From contig BROI01000026.1 in the NCBI GenBank assembly GCA_027923505.1, positions 248,001 through 312,000 on the forward strand: a stretch of 64,000 bases of DNA. Direction: 5' to 3'. Each line of letters begins with the position of its first letter. Position 1 is the first letter of the stretch. Position numbers and translations under genes: made by a program. The notes beneath the pieces are model-generated. The model made no database searches and was not told where the DNA came from. It saw nothing but the letters and a program-made list of their open reading frames with translations. Shown one piece after another: positions 30,489 through 41,593 of this stretch. Source of the stretch: Mayamaea pseudoterrestris (lineage: Eukaryota).

Positions 30489-32878
30489 ATGAAGATTGTC
30501 GCATAGACAGTGAACGCTGCATCGGTTCTCCTTGTAGTGGTTGCTCGTTTCAGCCATGCAATACAACATGATGAAACAAACAACACAGACCCCCCTTTCG
30601 GTCACATCAGGAATCGAGTGCTGACGACAGCTGCAGAAGTGACTTCTCAAAATGGAACCAACCTTAATCGAGAATTGGCAACGTCGGCTGATACTGACAG
30701 AACTGCACGCATCATTGGAGGACAGAACGTTGCTGTCGGCGATTACCCCTTCTACGTCCAAGGCCGTGGGTGCGGCGGTAGCATGATATGGAAGGACATA
30801 TTGCTCACGGCAGCGCACTGTAACGGGTCGCCATGGACTGGCGACGTCATTGTCGGCGCTGACCGCTACAAGACTGTTTCCGATGGCGCAGAACTTATCC
30901 GATACTGTCATGCGAATGACGACTAGCAAGTCACTGCTGCAGCGCCTGCTGCGTCGTGGCAATTGCAAGCAGCTGCGGCAGTCGCAGCGAACCATGGAAA
31001 CGACAAGCATGCACTTTGCAGCAACCACTGCTGCCGATCCAAATTGTCACGCTGCTGCTGCAGTTCGCCCAATGCCGAGTATGCTGGGAGAGGATGATTA
31101 TGCAAATGATTACTACCATGCTTCAAGTCCATGTCGATTCGCAGCAACAACACGATCATCATTATCACCTGCCATTCCTTACGAAATTTCCATTCCAAGT
31201 GACTCTTTGCACACTGATGGCGACGATCAGTACTGGGAGCAGCTTGCGTCGCTTGATTCCAGTTGCGAACTGTCACCCGTTGAAACTGCCTATGGCAACG
31301 CGCTCGACTGTTTCGACGCGCAAGAATATGAGCAGGCACTGGAGCAGGTGCAGATTGGAGTCACGGCGCTGCATGAGCATGAAAATGATGAAAATGACGA
31401 CTTGCGATGCAAACTGCTCCTCGTGCAGGCGGAAACACTGGAGAAGCTGGAGCGCTACGCACAAGGCTTGGAGTGCTATCAGCAGGTGCTTGACTATTGC
31501 ACGAACAAGAAGAAGCATCATGCAACGAGCGCCTCCGAATCACTATTGGATTGCGCCAATTTATATTGCACGTGTGGCCGCGTGGCAGCCCGCGCGAAGG
31601 ATTACGAGCAGTCGATATACTACTTTGAGCAGGGACTTGCATTGATTGCGGCAAGTAGTAACAGCAGCAATGCCGCCATGGCCGCGCTCCTTTACCACGA
31701 GCTTGCCTTGGTCTATCGCAACGCTTATCCACAATTGCAACGACGGCGTGCAAATGCTGACAGAACTGCCGCATGCGATTCGAAGGACAGAAGCGCTGGA
31801 TCAAGCGCATCATTGCAACTGCTGCTCGTCCAACGCTCGCTGGGTGCGCCACGCGGTAGCATGATATGGAAGGATATATTGCTCACGGCAGCGCACTGTA
31901 ACGGGTCGCCATGGACTGGCGACGTCATCGTCGGCGCTTACCGCTATAAGACTGTTTCCGATGGCGCAGAACTCATAGGTGTTAAAGGACAATTTTTGCA
32001 TCCAAAGTGGGGAGGAATATATAATTATAGATACGATTTCATGGTTGTCGCACTGAACAGCAAAGCTGCCAACATCAATGGCAGGACTGTGAGCAAGCTA
32101 TCCAGTGGAAGACCAGCTCGAGGGGAAGTACTAACCACACTTGGAATGGGGACGGTGACGGAGGGCAAGCCATACCTATTTCCTGCCGTACTGCAGGAGG
32201 TCAACGTGGCATATGTTCCAACAAGTCAATGCGCGAGGCAGTATGGCTCCAACTTTATTTACGGAGATACAATGATATGCGCCAGTTCACCAAACAAGGA
32301 TTCTTGTCAAGGCGACAGTGGAGGTCCGTTGCTGAGATCGAATGGGCATCAAGTGGGAATCGTCTCTTGGGGTATTGGGTGCGCTTTAGCAAGATATCCT
32401 GGTGGTAAGTGCAGTATCCGAGCGTAGCGCAAAAACGCATGGCCACTTTTCTGACTTATAATTCTCATCACGACCACTCTATTCCACTTTGAATTCAGTG
32501 CACTCCCTCGTTCCTGCCGCTCGCGACTGGATCAATGAACAAATTTGCATCTACTCCCGATCACCCCCAGCAACGCGATGTGCCCGATGCCGGAGAAGGA
32601 GAAGAAGACGAAGAAGAAGCAAAAGACAGAGACTTGGACAACGGATGATGCTGGATGCTCCAAGCACTAGCAACATCAACAATACGACTGGAAAGACTTG
32701 TTTCGACTCGAACGAAACGTTTGACCTTCTGGATGATCAAATTTTGGACAAGAATTGCATTTGGTTGCAAGCAAATCGGTACGCCATCGCAGGCGAGGAG
32801 GATCTTTGCGACTGGCTGCATATCTCCTACCGGTGTCCAAACACATGCGGAAGCCGCGATGCGTTCCCTGAACGTTGA
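30489..32878 (+). pseudogene. Trypsin-like (S1A) serine protease locus, disrupted: in-frame TAG in the signal peptide, duplicated 5' segment, inserted TPR-like sequence; intron 32405-32498
   Basis: RIIGG, LLTAAHC (twice), YDFMVV, DSCQGDSGGP, VGIVSWGIGCA. ATG 30489 is followed by in-frame TAG at 30504-30506. GTAAGT...TTCAG intron joins YPG to VHSLVPAARDWI. Cys-rich C-terminus (CPNTCG). Confidence 0.75.
30900..31755 (+). other. TPR-like coding fragment embedded in the trypsin locus
   Basis: Helical repeats QEYEQALEQVQIG, AETLEKLERYAQGLECYQQVL, CGRVAARAKDYEQSIYYFEQGL, LYHELALVY within ORF 30850-32427. Confidence 0.6.
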
Positions 32879-33418
32879 TGACCAGCACACAATCAGGTAT
32901 AATACTTACTGTATTGCACAGGTTGATGGCTTACGCTTGATTTAATACTATTGTGCAGCCACACCCAACACCATTAACGGAGCTACTATGTATGTCTGAC
33001 TAGAAGCCAATACGTGTAGAATGCTTAAAACTTACTGCTAGTCCAACCTGTTTGCGTCGCGCTCCCGCTGCAGGTCCATCTGCACCTTTTCACCTCAAGC
33101 TGCAATTCCGACAATTCATGATTTTTGCATAGGCCTTCTGCATCATTGCATATCCATGCAGAAGGCCAATGGGCAAACTAAATATAACGGCAGAGTAGCA
33201 AGATTGCCTGGAGTACCGTTACGACCTCGTTTGAAAGAAAACGGCAACTGTGACGAGGCGTTGACAAGACTGAAAGAACCCGGTGATGTGTTTTGGACGC
33301 TCTTTCGAAAAAGGCAATCAACGCCCGCACTTCTTGTTCGGAACGAATCATTGCGGATCTTTGAGTCTGGTGATTGACTGATTGTTGCGCGAGTAGCTTC
33401 ACTTTTCGCAAGTACACC

Positions 33419-35572
33419 ATGATGCGCTTTATCAATCTCTTGTTACTCGTGCTATCCATCAGCAAGTCTGTGAGCGGCCAGTTCAAATGCACTTTGAACG
33501 CGTCGGATGAAGACACTTGCCTCAAAACCGTCGGAGACGATGATGCTCACTGCGCATGGTGTTCGCTCGGAGGCTTTGCTTTTTGCATGAGTGAGCAAGC
33601 GGCCGAAGCAATGGAGCAGACGTTGCATGCGGAATGTGAACGATTTGGTGATAATGACGATGACGACAGCAAGAAGAGCGATGATGATCGCGTGGTTCCA
33701 CCGGGAGCGGACGATGTTTTTCCTTCCACGGACGATCAAGCTGCCGCGGATGATGACAAGCACAAGCCGAAATCCGATGACGACGCAGTAACTCCAACAG
33801 ATGATAATGTTCCTGACAACTTCTGGACTTGCTTGCAGGAAAAGGATCAGACGAAATGCGACAATCAAGGATGCGTTTGGTGCACGGCCAAGTCGGCTGG
33901 ATTTAGTCTGTGCATGGCTGGTCCGGCTGCGGAGCAAGCGGAAGGAAGCGACTTTTTTGAATGTGACAATAAGAACATTGCTGATGAGACTGTTATATTC
34001 GCTGTCGACCGTCTTGCTACAAGTCTTACTGATACTGCATCAGATCCGTTTGATGCCACATGCGTGAAAGCTTTTTTGGAGGAGCAAACCGAGGAAGCTT
34101 GCACATCAACGAGCGACCAGGATGGAGACTATTGCAAGTGGTGTTCGCTTGCTGGCATGACGAACCTTTGCTTGACGCCGGAGCAAGCCGACAAGGGACA
34201 AGCGTTGGGAATCACCTGTTTGGATTTTGACGCGAGTTTAGTCGCGCGCGGAGAATCAGAGCAAGCTATTCCTGCGCTATCAGCTCCACTGTACGACACT
34301 GCCTGCATGATGGCGCTTTTGCAGGATCATTCTGCAAGTGGTTGTGCTTCTGCAGTTGACTCTGATGGATCTCCGTGCGAATATTGCCCCATTTTGCAAG
34401 GCTCGCTCGACTTGTGCTTGACCTCGGACCAAGTATCGTTGCTCGAGCAGTCGGGCGTGTCTTGTGAGGCAAGTGAGGTTGAAATGCTGCATGATGATCC
34501 TTACGACACCTCCTGCATTGTGTCATCTTTGTCGGGCGCTAACAAGGATGCTTGCATCTCGACGATGGACGATGGTGGCAAGGCTTGTCGATACTGCAGC
34601 GTTGGCGGCGTCGCTTCAATTTGTTTGACGGATGCGCAGGCGGAATTGGCGGGTGGATATGGGCTTGAATGTGACGAAAATACTGCCGCTGGTCAGCTCC
34701 AAGACAATCCGTATGATGCATCATGCATTATGGCGTATTTGCAGGACCAATCGGAGGAGAGCTGCGTTTCAGCCTTGGATGAGGATGGTGACGCTTGTCA
34801 GTACTGTACCTTGCAGGGCGCTGTCAATTTGTGCTTGACTCCGTCGCAGGCGGACATTGCTGGTGGGTTGGGTGTTGAATGCAATGGTCGAAGTGTTGAT
34901 GCGGCTGCCATGGCGCAGGATACCCCATTGGAAGCGAATGATATCTTCGACATGACATGCGTCAAGGCCTACCTCAATGACCAGTCGAAGGATTTTTGCC
35001 GATCGACGATGGACGGGGATGGAGCAGTCTGCAAGTGGTGTCATACGCCGCAATCGGGAGACATTTGCTTCACGGAGACGCAGGGCGATATTGCAAGTCA
35101 GATTGGTATGTGGTGCGACGATGACGAGATGACTGCACCAGATAATTCGCAGGTCGACATTCCCGATGACTTTTGGACTTGTCTCCAAAACTTTGACGAG
35201 ACTGGTTGTAGCTCAAGCTGTACTTGGTGTGACACTAGTGTCGGCATGGGATTTTGCCTGTCTACGCCGGTGGCGCAATCGACCAAGGAATGCACATTCT
35301 TTGACTGCAATTTCAAGGGCGAGGAAACGGTAGAAGCGAACGAGTTGGTTGTTGCCTCTAGCGATCTTTATGACCCAACTTGCTTGGGCGCGGGCATGGG
35401 ATCAGATGACGCTGAAAGTGTCTGCAACTCGACAATGGACAGCTCTGGAAGTAGGTGCGTCTGGTGCAATGTTGCGGGTGTATTTGGTGTTTGCGTTTCG
35501 GATGACCAAGCTTCCATGATGGGAGACTATCTACAATGCAACTCTGCGACGCCTTTGATCGCTGTCGCATGA
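33419..35572 (+). CDS. Secreted acidic cysteine-rich repeat protein of unknown function
   Basis: Signal peptide MMRFINLLLLVLSISKSVSG. About 7 repeats of (P)YDxxC...C....DxDGxxCx[WY]C...[LI]CLTxxQA, plus two P-D-[ND]-FWTCLQ modules. Confidence 0.85.
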   Translation: MMRFINLLLLVLSISKSVSGQFKCTLNASDEDTCLKTVGDDDAHCAWCSLGGFAFCMSEQAAEAMEQTLHAECERFGDNDDDDSKKSDDDRVVPPGADDVFPSTDDQAAADDDKHKPKSDDDAVTPTDDNVPDNFWTCLQEKDQTKCDNQGCVWCTAKSAGFSLCMAGPAAEQAEGSDFFECDNKNIADETVIFAVDRLATSLTDTASDPFDATCVKAFLEEQTEEACTSTSDQDGDYCKWCSLAGMTNLCLTPEQADKGQALGITCLDFDASLVARGESEQAIPALSAPLYDTACMMALLQDHSASGCASAVDSDGSPCEYCPILQGSLDLCLTSDQVSLLEQSGVSCEASEVEMLHDDPYDTSCIVSSLSGANKDACISTMDDGGKACRYCSVGGVASICLTDAQAELAGGYGLECDENTAAGQLQDNPYDASCIMAYLQDQSEESCVSALDEDGDACQYCTLQGAVNLCLTPSQADIAGGLGVECNGRSVDAAAMAQDTPLEANDIFDMTCVKAYLNDQSKDFCRSTMDGDGAVCKWCHTPQSGDICFTETQGDIASQIGMWCDDDEMTAPDNSQVDIPDDFWTCLQNFDETGCSSSCTWCDTSVGMGFCLSTPVAQSTKECTFFDCNFKGEETVEANELVVASSDLYDPTCLGAGMGSDDAESVCNSTMDSSGSRCVWCNVAGVFGVCVSDDQASMMGDYLQCNSATPLIAVA

Positions 35573-36415
35573 GAATAAAGGTAACTATGATATATGGGCA
35601 AGGACTTATAGACAAGGTTTATATTACGAACGTTACATAGTCAATGAATATGCTTTGTAGTTTCATACTATACTTGGCGGTAATTGCCTCCGTCTATTAT
35701 GTCATTATAAAATTATGTAAAAGGTGCGAAGTGCAGCGTATCTCGAACGCAACGAGGAAGACCCAGGCGTGTATATTCCAATGCACTCCTCGATTATTCG
35801 CGCTTTATCACTTCAACCTTGACCAATTGATCGCCAGGAACCATTGCTTGCTGTAACTTTCGAACGACTTGTTGTTTTATAGGGCTGTCACTCGCCAGAT
35901 AATCACTGGAATCAATCGTTCTCTCTTCGCGACAATCACACAGAATAATATTCTTACTGAAATAATTGTACGACAGCAAATAAAGTAATCAGATATCAGA
36001 GAAGTAGGCCTTATTCAAAATGGTTAACTTACAGTCTATCCATGCATACAAATGTACCCGTCACGCGACGACCGTCCGCGAGAGTACATTTGAATCGCTG
36101 CCCCAACAGCTTTTGCATCTTCGCTTGTGCCTCTGTAAGATCATCAAACTGCGACATAATAAAGCTTAAGCTATAAGCGTTTTAGCGCCGTGGTCGCAAT
36201 GTACACCAACTCTATACTCGCGATTGATTGTCATTTGAAGACTGCAGAAAATCTCCATGGTGATGGATGCGCGACGGCGGAACAAACACTCGAATACCGG
36301 AAAGGCATTGCTACTACTTTAAAGCTCACCAACAAATTCCCTACCTGGTTAGTTCGAAGTCGGCCTATAATCAAGTAATAACATAACTAATGCAAAGCCA
36401 TAAGTCTAAATACAT

Positions 36416-39400
36416 CTAACGTTCTACCGTTGGCGGAAGTCGCACAGATTTTTTGCTAGAGGCAGAGAAATAACCCACGGCTTCCTCGCCCTCGGCAATA
36501 GGTTGTGTGTCGCTTGAACGTCGCATCGATGTCACCTTTACTGTATCATCTGGTAGTGATATATCATATGTCACAGGCTGTGGTGCCCATATAGAGCTGA
36601 ATTGGCGGCGCGTCCACTGAGCATCCGGGGCTGGATTCACACCACCTACATCCAATGGATGGGCAGGCTTCGAGTGCAACGAGAAAACATTTACACCTGC
36701 AGCGACGAAATAGTCGGCGCGAGACAACTCTTCCATGAGTGGACGCCGCGATCTGTCACGTCTCAAGCACATCTTGATCATACTTCGAGCGTGCGAGTCC
36801 ACGTGAGACGCGTGCTTGTCGGCGAAGAGTGGGTCGGCATCATCTGCCGCATCGTCGCGTACATTGAAGTTGACAATAGTTTGACGCGTCGCATCGTCGT
36901 CAGCTTCAAAAAACGGCGGTCGTCCTGTGAGGCACTGGTAGGTAAGGCACCCCAGCGCCCACGTGTCAGCCTGCTTAGTCGGCACTGCTCCCATTACAAC
37001 TTCCGGCGGAAGATACGAGGTGGTGCCTTCAATACGGTCATCTTCTTCGCTCTCTTCCAGGTCGTTCTCAGTCAACGATTTACCCTTCATTGTACCGCGC
37101 CCTTGTGGCTTCCAGTCACCGTCGCGTAGATTCGTTAAAAGGCCTTTTGCAATTGATCGAACCATCGCCTTTGCCTCATGCGTGACTGGTCGGCAGCCAC
37201 CAAAGTCGGTAATTTTAATATGACCAGTCTCTGTGATCAATATGTTCTCAGCTTTAAGATCACTGTATACCAGCCCGATGTCATGTATACTCATCAACGC
37301 CGCAATGACAGATCCAACAACGTATCGAGTCGACGGGTCGTCCAGCGAGCCGTGTCTTCGAAGCAGCGAATGCAAATCTCCCCGACTGGCATACTCAAGA
37401 ACCAAGTAGGCACCATCTTGGAAGCGGAAGCTCGAAATCAACCGAGCAATACCAGGATGCGACAAAATGCGAAGAACAGCAATCTCCCGTTGCACCGACG
37501 ATTCATACCCGAGCTCTCTGATCTTTTCTGTCGAAATTACTTTGACAGCATATTCAGGCCAATAGGATCGAGTCGTAGTCTTGTCAATCAAGCGGGCATA
37601 CCGAACCTTGCCAAAAGCACCTTGTCCCAAGTCGTGACCAAACACTAGGTCATGAAACTTTAAATCCGGTAGCAATGTTGGCGTCTCGGCCATTTGGACT
37701 TTGCTCCAAGACGATGCGCCTGTCTCTTCCTCTGGCGGTTTCATTGCATCCATGTACTGTTTAACATATTCTAGCCCTGACAACGTCGCGTGTGTAGCCG
37801 CCTGTTCATTTGATTCATTCACCGAGGAAGGCGCAATCGGCCGCTTGTGCCTCAATGACGCACCAACTACGGGCGGTACTGACTTTACTGCCCACGGTGC
37901 TACGCCAGTAATAGTAGATGGTGGGTTGACTCTACCAGCAGTTGACGTAGCCCACGGTGCTACGCCGGTAACAGTCAATGGCGGCTGCGAGCCGCCACTT
38001 GCACACGGAGATTTGCCGCGATCAATCTGGCTGCGTGCCGCTGGAGGAGGCATCATTGGCGACGATTGGCCAGGCGGTTTCCATGATCCCATGCCAGCCT
38101 TGAGCGAAGTGTCCAGAATAACAGTTTCCTGTGGACCAGTCGGAAAAATGCGCGTTGGCTCCCTTGACGTGTGGGCACCACTTAATGTGCTGTTCAGAGC
38201 CATTTCGGCGAAGAGCAAATTTGCAACTTGCTCAAATATTCGTTCGTTCTGCTTTTGCAAATCCTTCAGGACATGGTAAGTCATTTTCCTTACAGTTGGA
38301 TTCCAAGACGGCTGTTGTCTCACCAGGGCAGGAAGCAGTATTTCGATTGACGCTTGGTAATGTCTTGCGATTATACGCTGAAAGCTTTTGTTCTTGAAAA
38401 ATTCTAGAGCTCGCTCGGCTACTCGTGAATGATCCGACGTCATGCATCGTTTCAGAACAGTCAAGAACTTGTCCAACCAAGCGATCGTGCATTCATCATC
38501 CTCGCTCCACAAGCTCATATACGTATCCACTTCATGTAGCAGCAATACTTGTTTGGGTGTATTACCAACCAGCGGAAATATGTCAGTGTGTAACAAGGCG
38601 ACAATCGTCAGTGGTACCAACGACCTTTTCTTTTGCAACAAAATGGCCGTGCACTTGACGAGCGGCTCATGATACAGTTCCAGCACAGATACTTGATCGC
38701 GCCAAAGTACCATGGCATCCGGTTTGTGCAAAGGTATCAGTAACTGTACAAGTAGCTGCTCGTGCGAATCTTGAACCTTCGACACACCCAGCAAAATCCG
38801 AAGCAAGACTTGGAGCGTGATTCGAATCCCCGCTGCCCGTGTATTTTCCTGCCGCAATCCGGACGACGTCGCGGTAGTCGAGTAAATATACTGCGTCCAG
38901 ACTTGTCCCAGCAGCTTTCTGCATACTAGGCGTTGCGTAGCACTGGATACAAGGTAGATATGCCCGCACACCCTTTCTAATTCCTGCATGTGCTGGTCCC
39001 ATTCATGTTGGAAGCGCTGAGTGACAGTTTGCGCAAGCGTATACTGCTCGAGGCGAGATTTTGGATCGGAAAGCTCCGTCGTCGCTGGTTGTTGCGTCTT
39101 GCTCCCAGCAAGTGATACTATTGCGTTAGCCTTTGTCAATGACTGTGTGAATGAATTCATTTGCGACTGCAGAAAGGGCAAGTTTTGAATGTATTTAAAG
39201 AGAGCCTTGATGATTGCAGTGTCGCCCAGACGCAGTAAATGGGCGAAGAGTCCACTGCAATAAATTGCATCATCATAATCATTATATTTTGTCGTAACAT
39301 TAACAGGATCGACGCTCGCAGCTTCAGCTTCTGAATTCTTCATGTTAAGATCCATCCAATAGACGAGCCATTGCGTCGCTCGAACGGCATCCAATATGTT

Positions 39401-39685
39401 TGGCAAAGAAATCTCTTGGGCGCTCAAACTTGATTCTACAAAGGGATTCGCTCTTGTCAGCGTCATGGATGCCGCATCATTTGGACTATAAACGTTGACA
39501 ATCCAATCAATGATGCTTTGGTAGGTTTCCCGAGAAAGTGGAGCAGAGTCTTCGACGGTGGTTCCTTGGTAGTTGACATTGTCGTCGTTGCAGCCGAGCC
39601 AGTTCTCAAAGCATTGCATGACATCCTGCGACTCGGGAACGTATACTCCAACCGTTTCGAGTATTTCAATTAGATGCTGCTGCAT
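36416..39685 (-). CDS. Fusion of a PP2A B56(B')-like regulatory domain and a PDK1-like Ser/Thr kinase
   Basis: B56-like: LLIPLHKP, YHEPLVKC, PKQVLLLHEV, CMTSDHSRVAERAL, WNPTVRKM. Kinase: LGQGAFGKV, YAVKVI, YLVLEYA, YSDLKAENIL, DFG, GTTSYLPPE, DTWALGC. One uninterrupted 1089-aa ORF. Confidence 0.85.
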   Translation of the reverse strand: MQQHLIEILETVGVYVPESQDVMQCFENWLGCNDDNVNYQGTTVEDSAPLSRETYQSIIDWIVNVYSPNDAASMTLTRANPFVESSLSAQEISLPNILDAVRATQWLVYWMDLNMKNSEAEAASVDPVNVTTKYNDYDDAIYCSGLFAHLLRLGDTAIIKALFKYIQNLPFLQSQMNSFTQSLTKANAIVSLAGSKTQQPATTELSDPKSRLEQYTLAQTVTQRFQHEWDQHMQELERVCGHIYLVSSATQRLVCRKLLGQVWTQYIYSTTATSSGLRQENTRAAGIRITLQVLLRILLGVSKVQDSHEQLLVQLLIPLHKPDAMVLWRDQVSVLELYHEPLVKCTAILLQKKRSLVPLTIVALLHTDIFPLVGNTPKQVLLLHEVDTYMSLWSEDDECTIAWLDKFLTVLKRCMTSDHSRVAERALEFFKNKSFQRIIARHYQASIEILLPALVRQQPSWNPTVRKMTYHVLKDLQKQNERIFEQVANLLFAEMALNSTLSGAHTSREPTRIFPTGPQETVILDTSLKAGMGSWKPPGQSSPMMPPPAARSQIDRGKSPCASGGSQPPLTVTGVAPWATSTAGRVNPPSTITGVAPWAVKSVPPVVGASLRHKRPIAPSSVNESNEQAATHATLSGLEYVKQYMDAMKPPEEETGASSWSKVQMAETPTLLPDLKFHDLVFGHDLGQGAFGKVRYARLIDKTTTRSYWPEYAVKVISTEKIRELGYESSVQREIAVLRILSHPGIARLISSFRFQDGAYLVLEYASRGDLHSLLRRHGSLDDPSTRYVVGSVIAALMSIHDIGLVYSDLKAENILITETGHIKITDFGGCRPVTHEAKAMVRSIAKGLLTNLRDGDWKPQGRGTMKGKSLTENDLEESEEDDRIEGTTSYLPPEVVMGAVPTKQADTWALGCLTYQCLTGRPPFFEADDDATRQTIVNFNVRDDAADDADPLFADKHASHVDSHARSMIKMCLRRDRSRRPLMEELSRADYFVAAGVNVFSLHSKPAHPLDVGGVNPAPDAQWTRRQFSSIWAPQPVTYDISLPDDTVKVTSMRRSSDTQPIAEGEEAVGYFSASSKKSVRLPPTVER

Positions 39686-40606
39686 TTCTTAAAGCGTGCA
39701 ATGGATGTAGAATGTAGGCAGTCGTCGAAGGCAGCAGGGCCGCTTTGGCGCTATACTAGTAGGAAAATTTCAGCCTTTTGAACTGAATTGAGTGTTCGAT
39801 GTACCGGTGGCAGATATTCTGCGAGTGTAATAAAGTCGGGACGGTAGGACGCTTGAGACTTGTTACTTGCGATGGATTCGTTTCGATCTTTTGCGCCGAG
39901 AACCGCTGCGGGTCTTGCCTAAATCTTCCGTCTGTCCATGGACCGTCTGCCGCGCCATCGCGCCAGCCGACCTTGACCGATGTCCACGAAAGGAAAACGC
40001 ATCTCGTCGACGACCGACCGCTTCATCGTCTACCTGGTAGCCTGGTAGCATACTCGCTACTCGTAACAGCAATTAATCGTGAAGAATGATACGAAGGACG
40101 ATAACACAACATTTGCTGTTCCTTTGGGCTGCGATTTCGTCGATTGCGCAAGGTAAGATCCTGCTGCTGGTCGATTCTTGTGTCTCGTCGGCTCGTCGCT
40201 CGTCGTCGGCTGTCACACGCGTCGGAATGCTCCCCTTTTTTCGTTTTACACATTATGGCGAAATTAGATTTTGATATTGTAGAAGCTTTTTGAAAGCCGA
40301 GAGATGAAGGCGCCGATTTTGATTCTTACTCGACAGTCAGTTATCGTCAGCTTTCGGTTAGGTCCACGCTCTCACAATGTATTTTCCTTCCGATAATTGT
40401 TACAGGATTTACTTTTCTCTCCACGTGTGACAGATCAATACAAAGACGGACAGCTCTAAGGGCAAGCAATGCAAATGAATTTGTAAGTATTTTGATTGAC
40501 AGCGCAGTGACGTGCTCACCATGCCTTTGCAGTAGTATTCGTCGTCTTCGTGCGTCCTCCTGCATTCTGGCACGCTTCTAACAATTCAGTCGTCACTTTA
40601 TTACAG

Positions 40607-41500
40607 ATCACTCTTCGACAAGGATCCACAGTTGCTCTTATAACGCCATTCACCGAGGCCGGTGCTGTCGACTATGTAGCCTTGGGTCGACTACTCGATT
40701 TTCACGTCGAAGCTGGGACCGACAATCTTTGCATTCTTGGAACAACTGCCGAAAGCGCTACCATGACCAAGGAAGAACAGAAGAAAGTCATGAAACTGGT
40801 TGTTGATAAGGTAAAGGGCCGAATTCCGATCATGGTTGGAACGGGAACGATAAATCCGGAGTCAGTCAAGGAAATGACCTTGCAGGCTATGGACATGGGT
40901 TGCGATGCTGCGCTCATTGTTACACCATATTATGTCAAGCCGCCGCAGAGAGGACTTGTAAAGCACTATTGGGCCATGGCCGACTTGGGCATGCCCGTTA
41001 TAATTTACAATGTACCGGGACGAACTGGCATTAACATTTTCGACGAAAGCATCGTGCTCGCATCCGAACACGAAAATATTGTAGGACTCAAGGATGCGAC
41101 TGGAGATTTGGCGAGATTGGATAGCATGCTCGAACTACTGGGCGAGAAGAAAAAGGAGTTTTTACTCTACAGTGGAGACGATGGAACGACTGCCGAATAT
41201 GTTTTAAAGGGAGGTGATGGTTGCATATCAGTGACGGCCAACCTGGCGCCGAAGGAAATGCATGACATGGTTGCAGCTGCGCTAGCAGGAGATGCTGACA
41301 CTGCGAAGGCAATAAACGATCGGTTAGACGGTCTGCACACAAATCTGTTTTGCGAAAGCAATCCCATGCCGACCAAGTGGGCGGCCAAGGAGCTTGGACT
41401 AATTGACACTGCATACTGTCGACCGCCTCTTGACGTTTTTGACGAGGCAAACCTCGGATTAAAAGTTACAGATGCATTAAGGAAAGCCGGCTTAGTCTAA
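40607..41500 (+). CDS. dapA: 4-hydroxy-tetrahydrodipicolinate synthase, main exon; 5' exon(s) upstream, likely donor GTAAGT at 40483, start codon unresolved
   Basis: VALITPF, LGTTAES, VTPYYVKPPQ, IYNVPGRTG, IVGLKDATGD (Schiff-base Lys), YSGDD, GCISVTAN, LFCESNPMP. Confidence 0.93.
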   Translation: MTLRQGSTVALITPFTEAGAVDYVALGRLLDFHVEAGTDNLCILGTTAESATMTKEEQKKVMKLVVDKVKGRIPIMVGTGTINPESVKEMTLQAMDMGCDAALIVTPYYVKPPQRGLVKHYWAMADLGMPVIIYNVPGRTGINIFDESIVLASEHENIVGLKDATGDLARLDSMLELLGEKKKEFLLYSGDDGTTAEYVLKGGDGCISVTANLAPKEMHDMVAAALAGDADTAKAINDRLDGLHTNLFCESNPMPTKWAAKELGLIDTAYCRPPLDVFDEANLGLKVTDALRKAGLV

Positions 41501-41593
41501 AGTTCCAATTCATTTCTATATTTCAATCAACTAACATACACTTTTGTCTCTTTCGCAACCTCCGTTTCACTGCACGTCAACGTCCGTCTTTTA

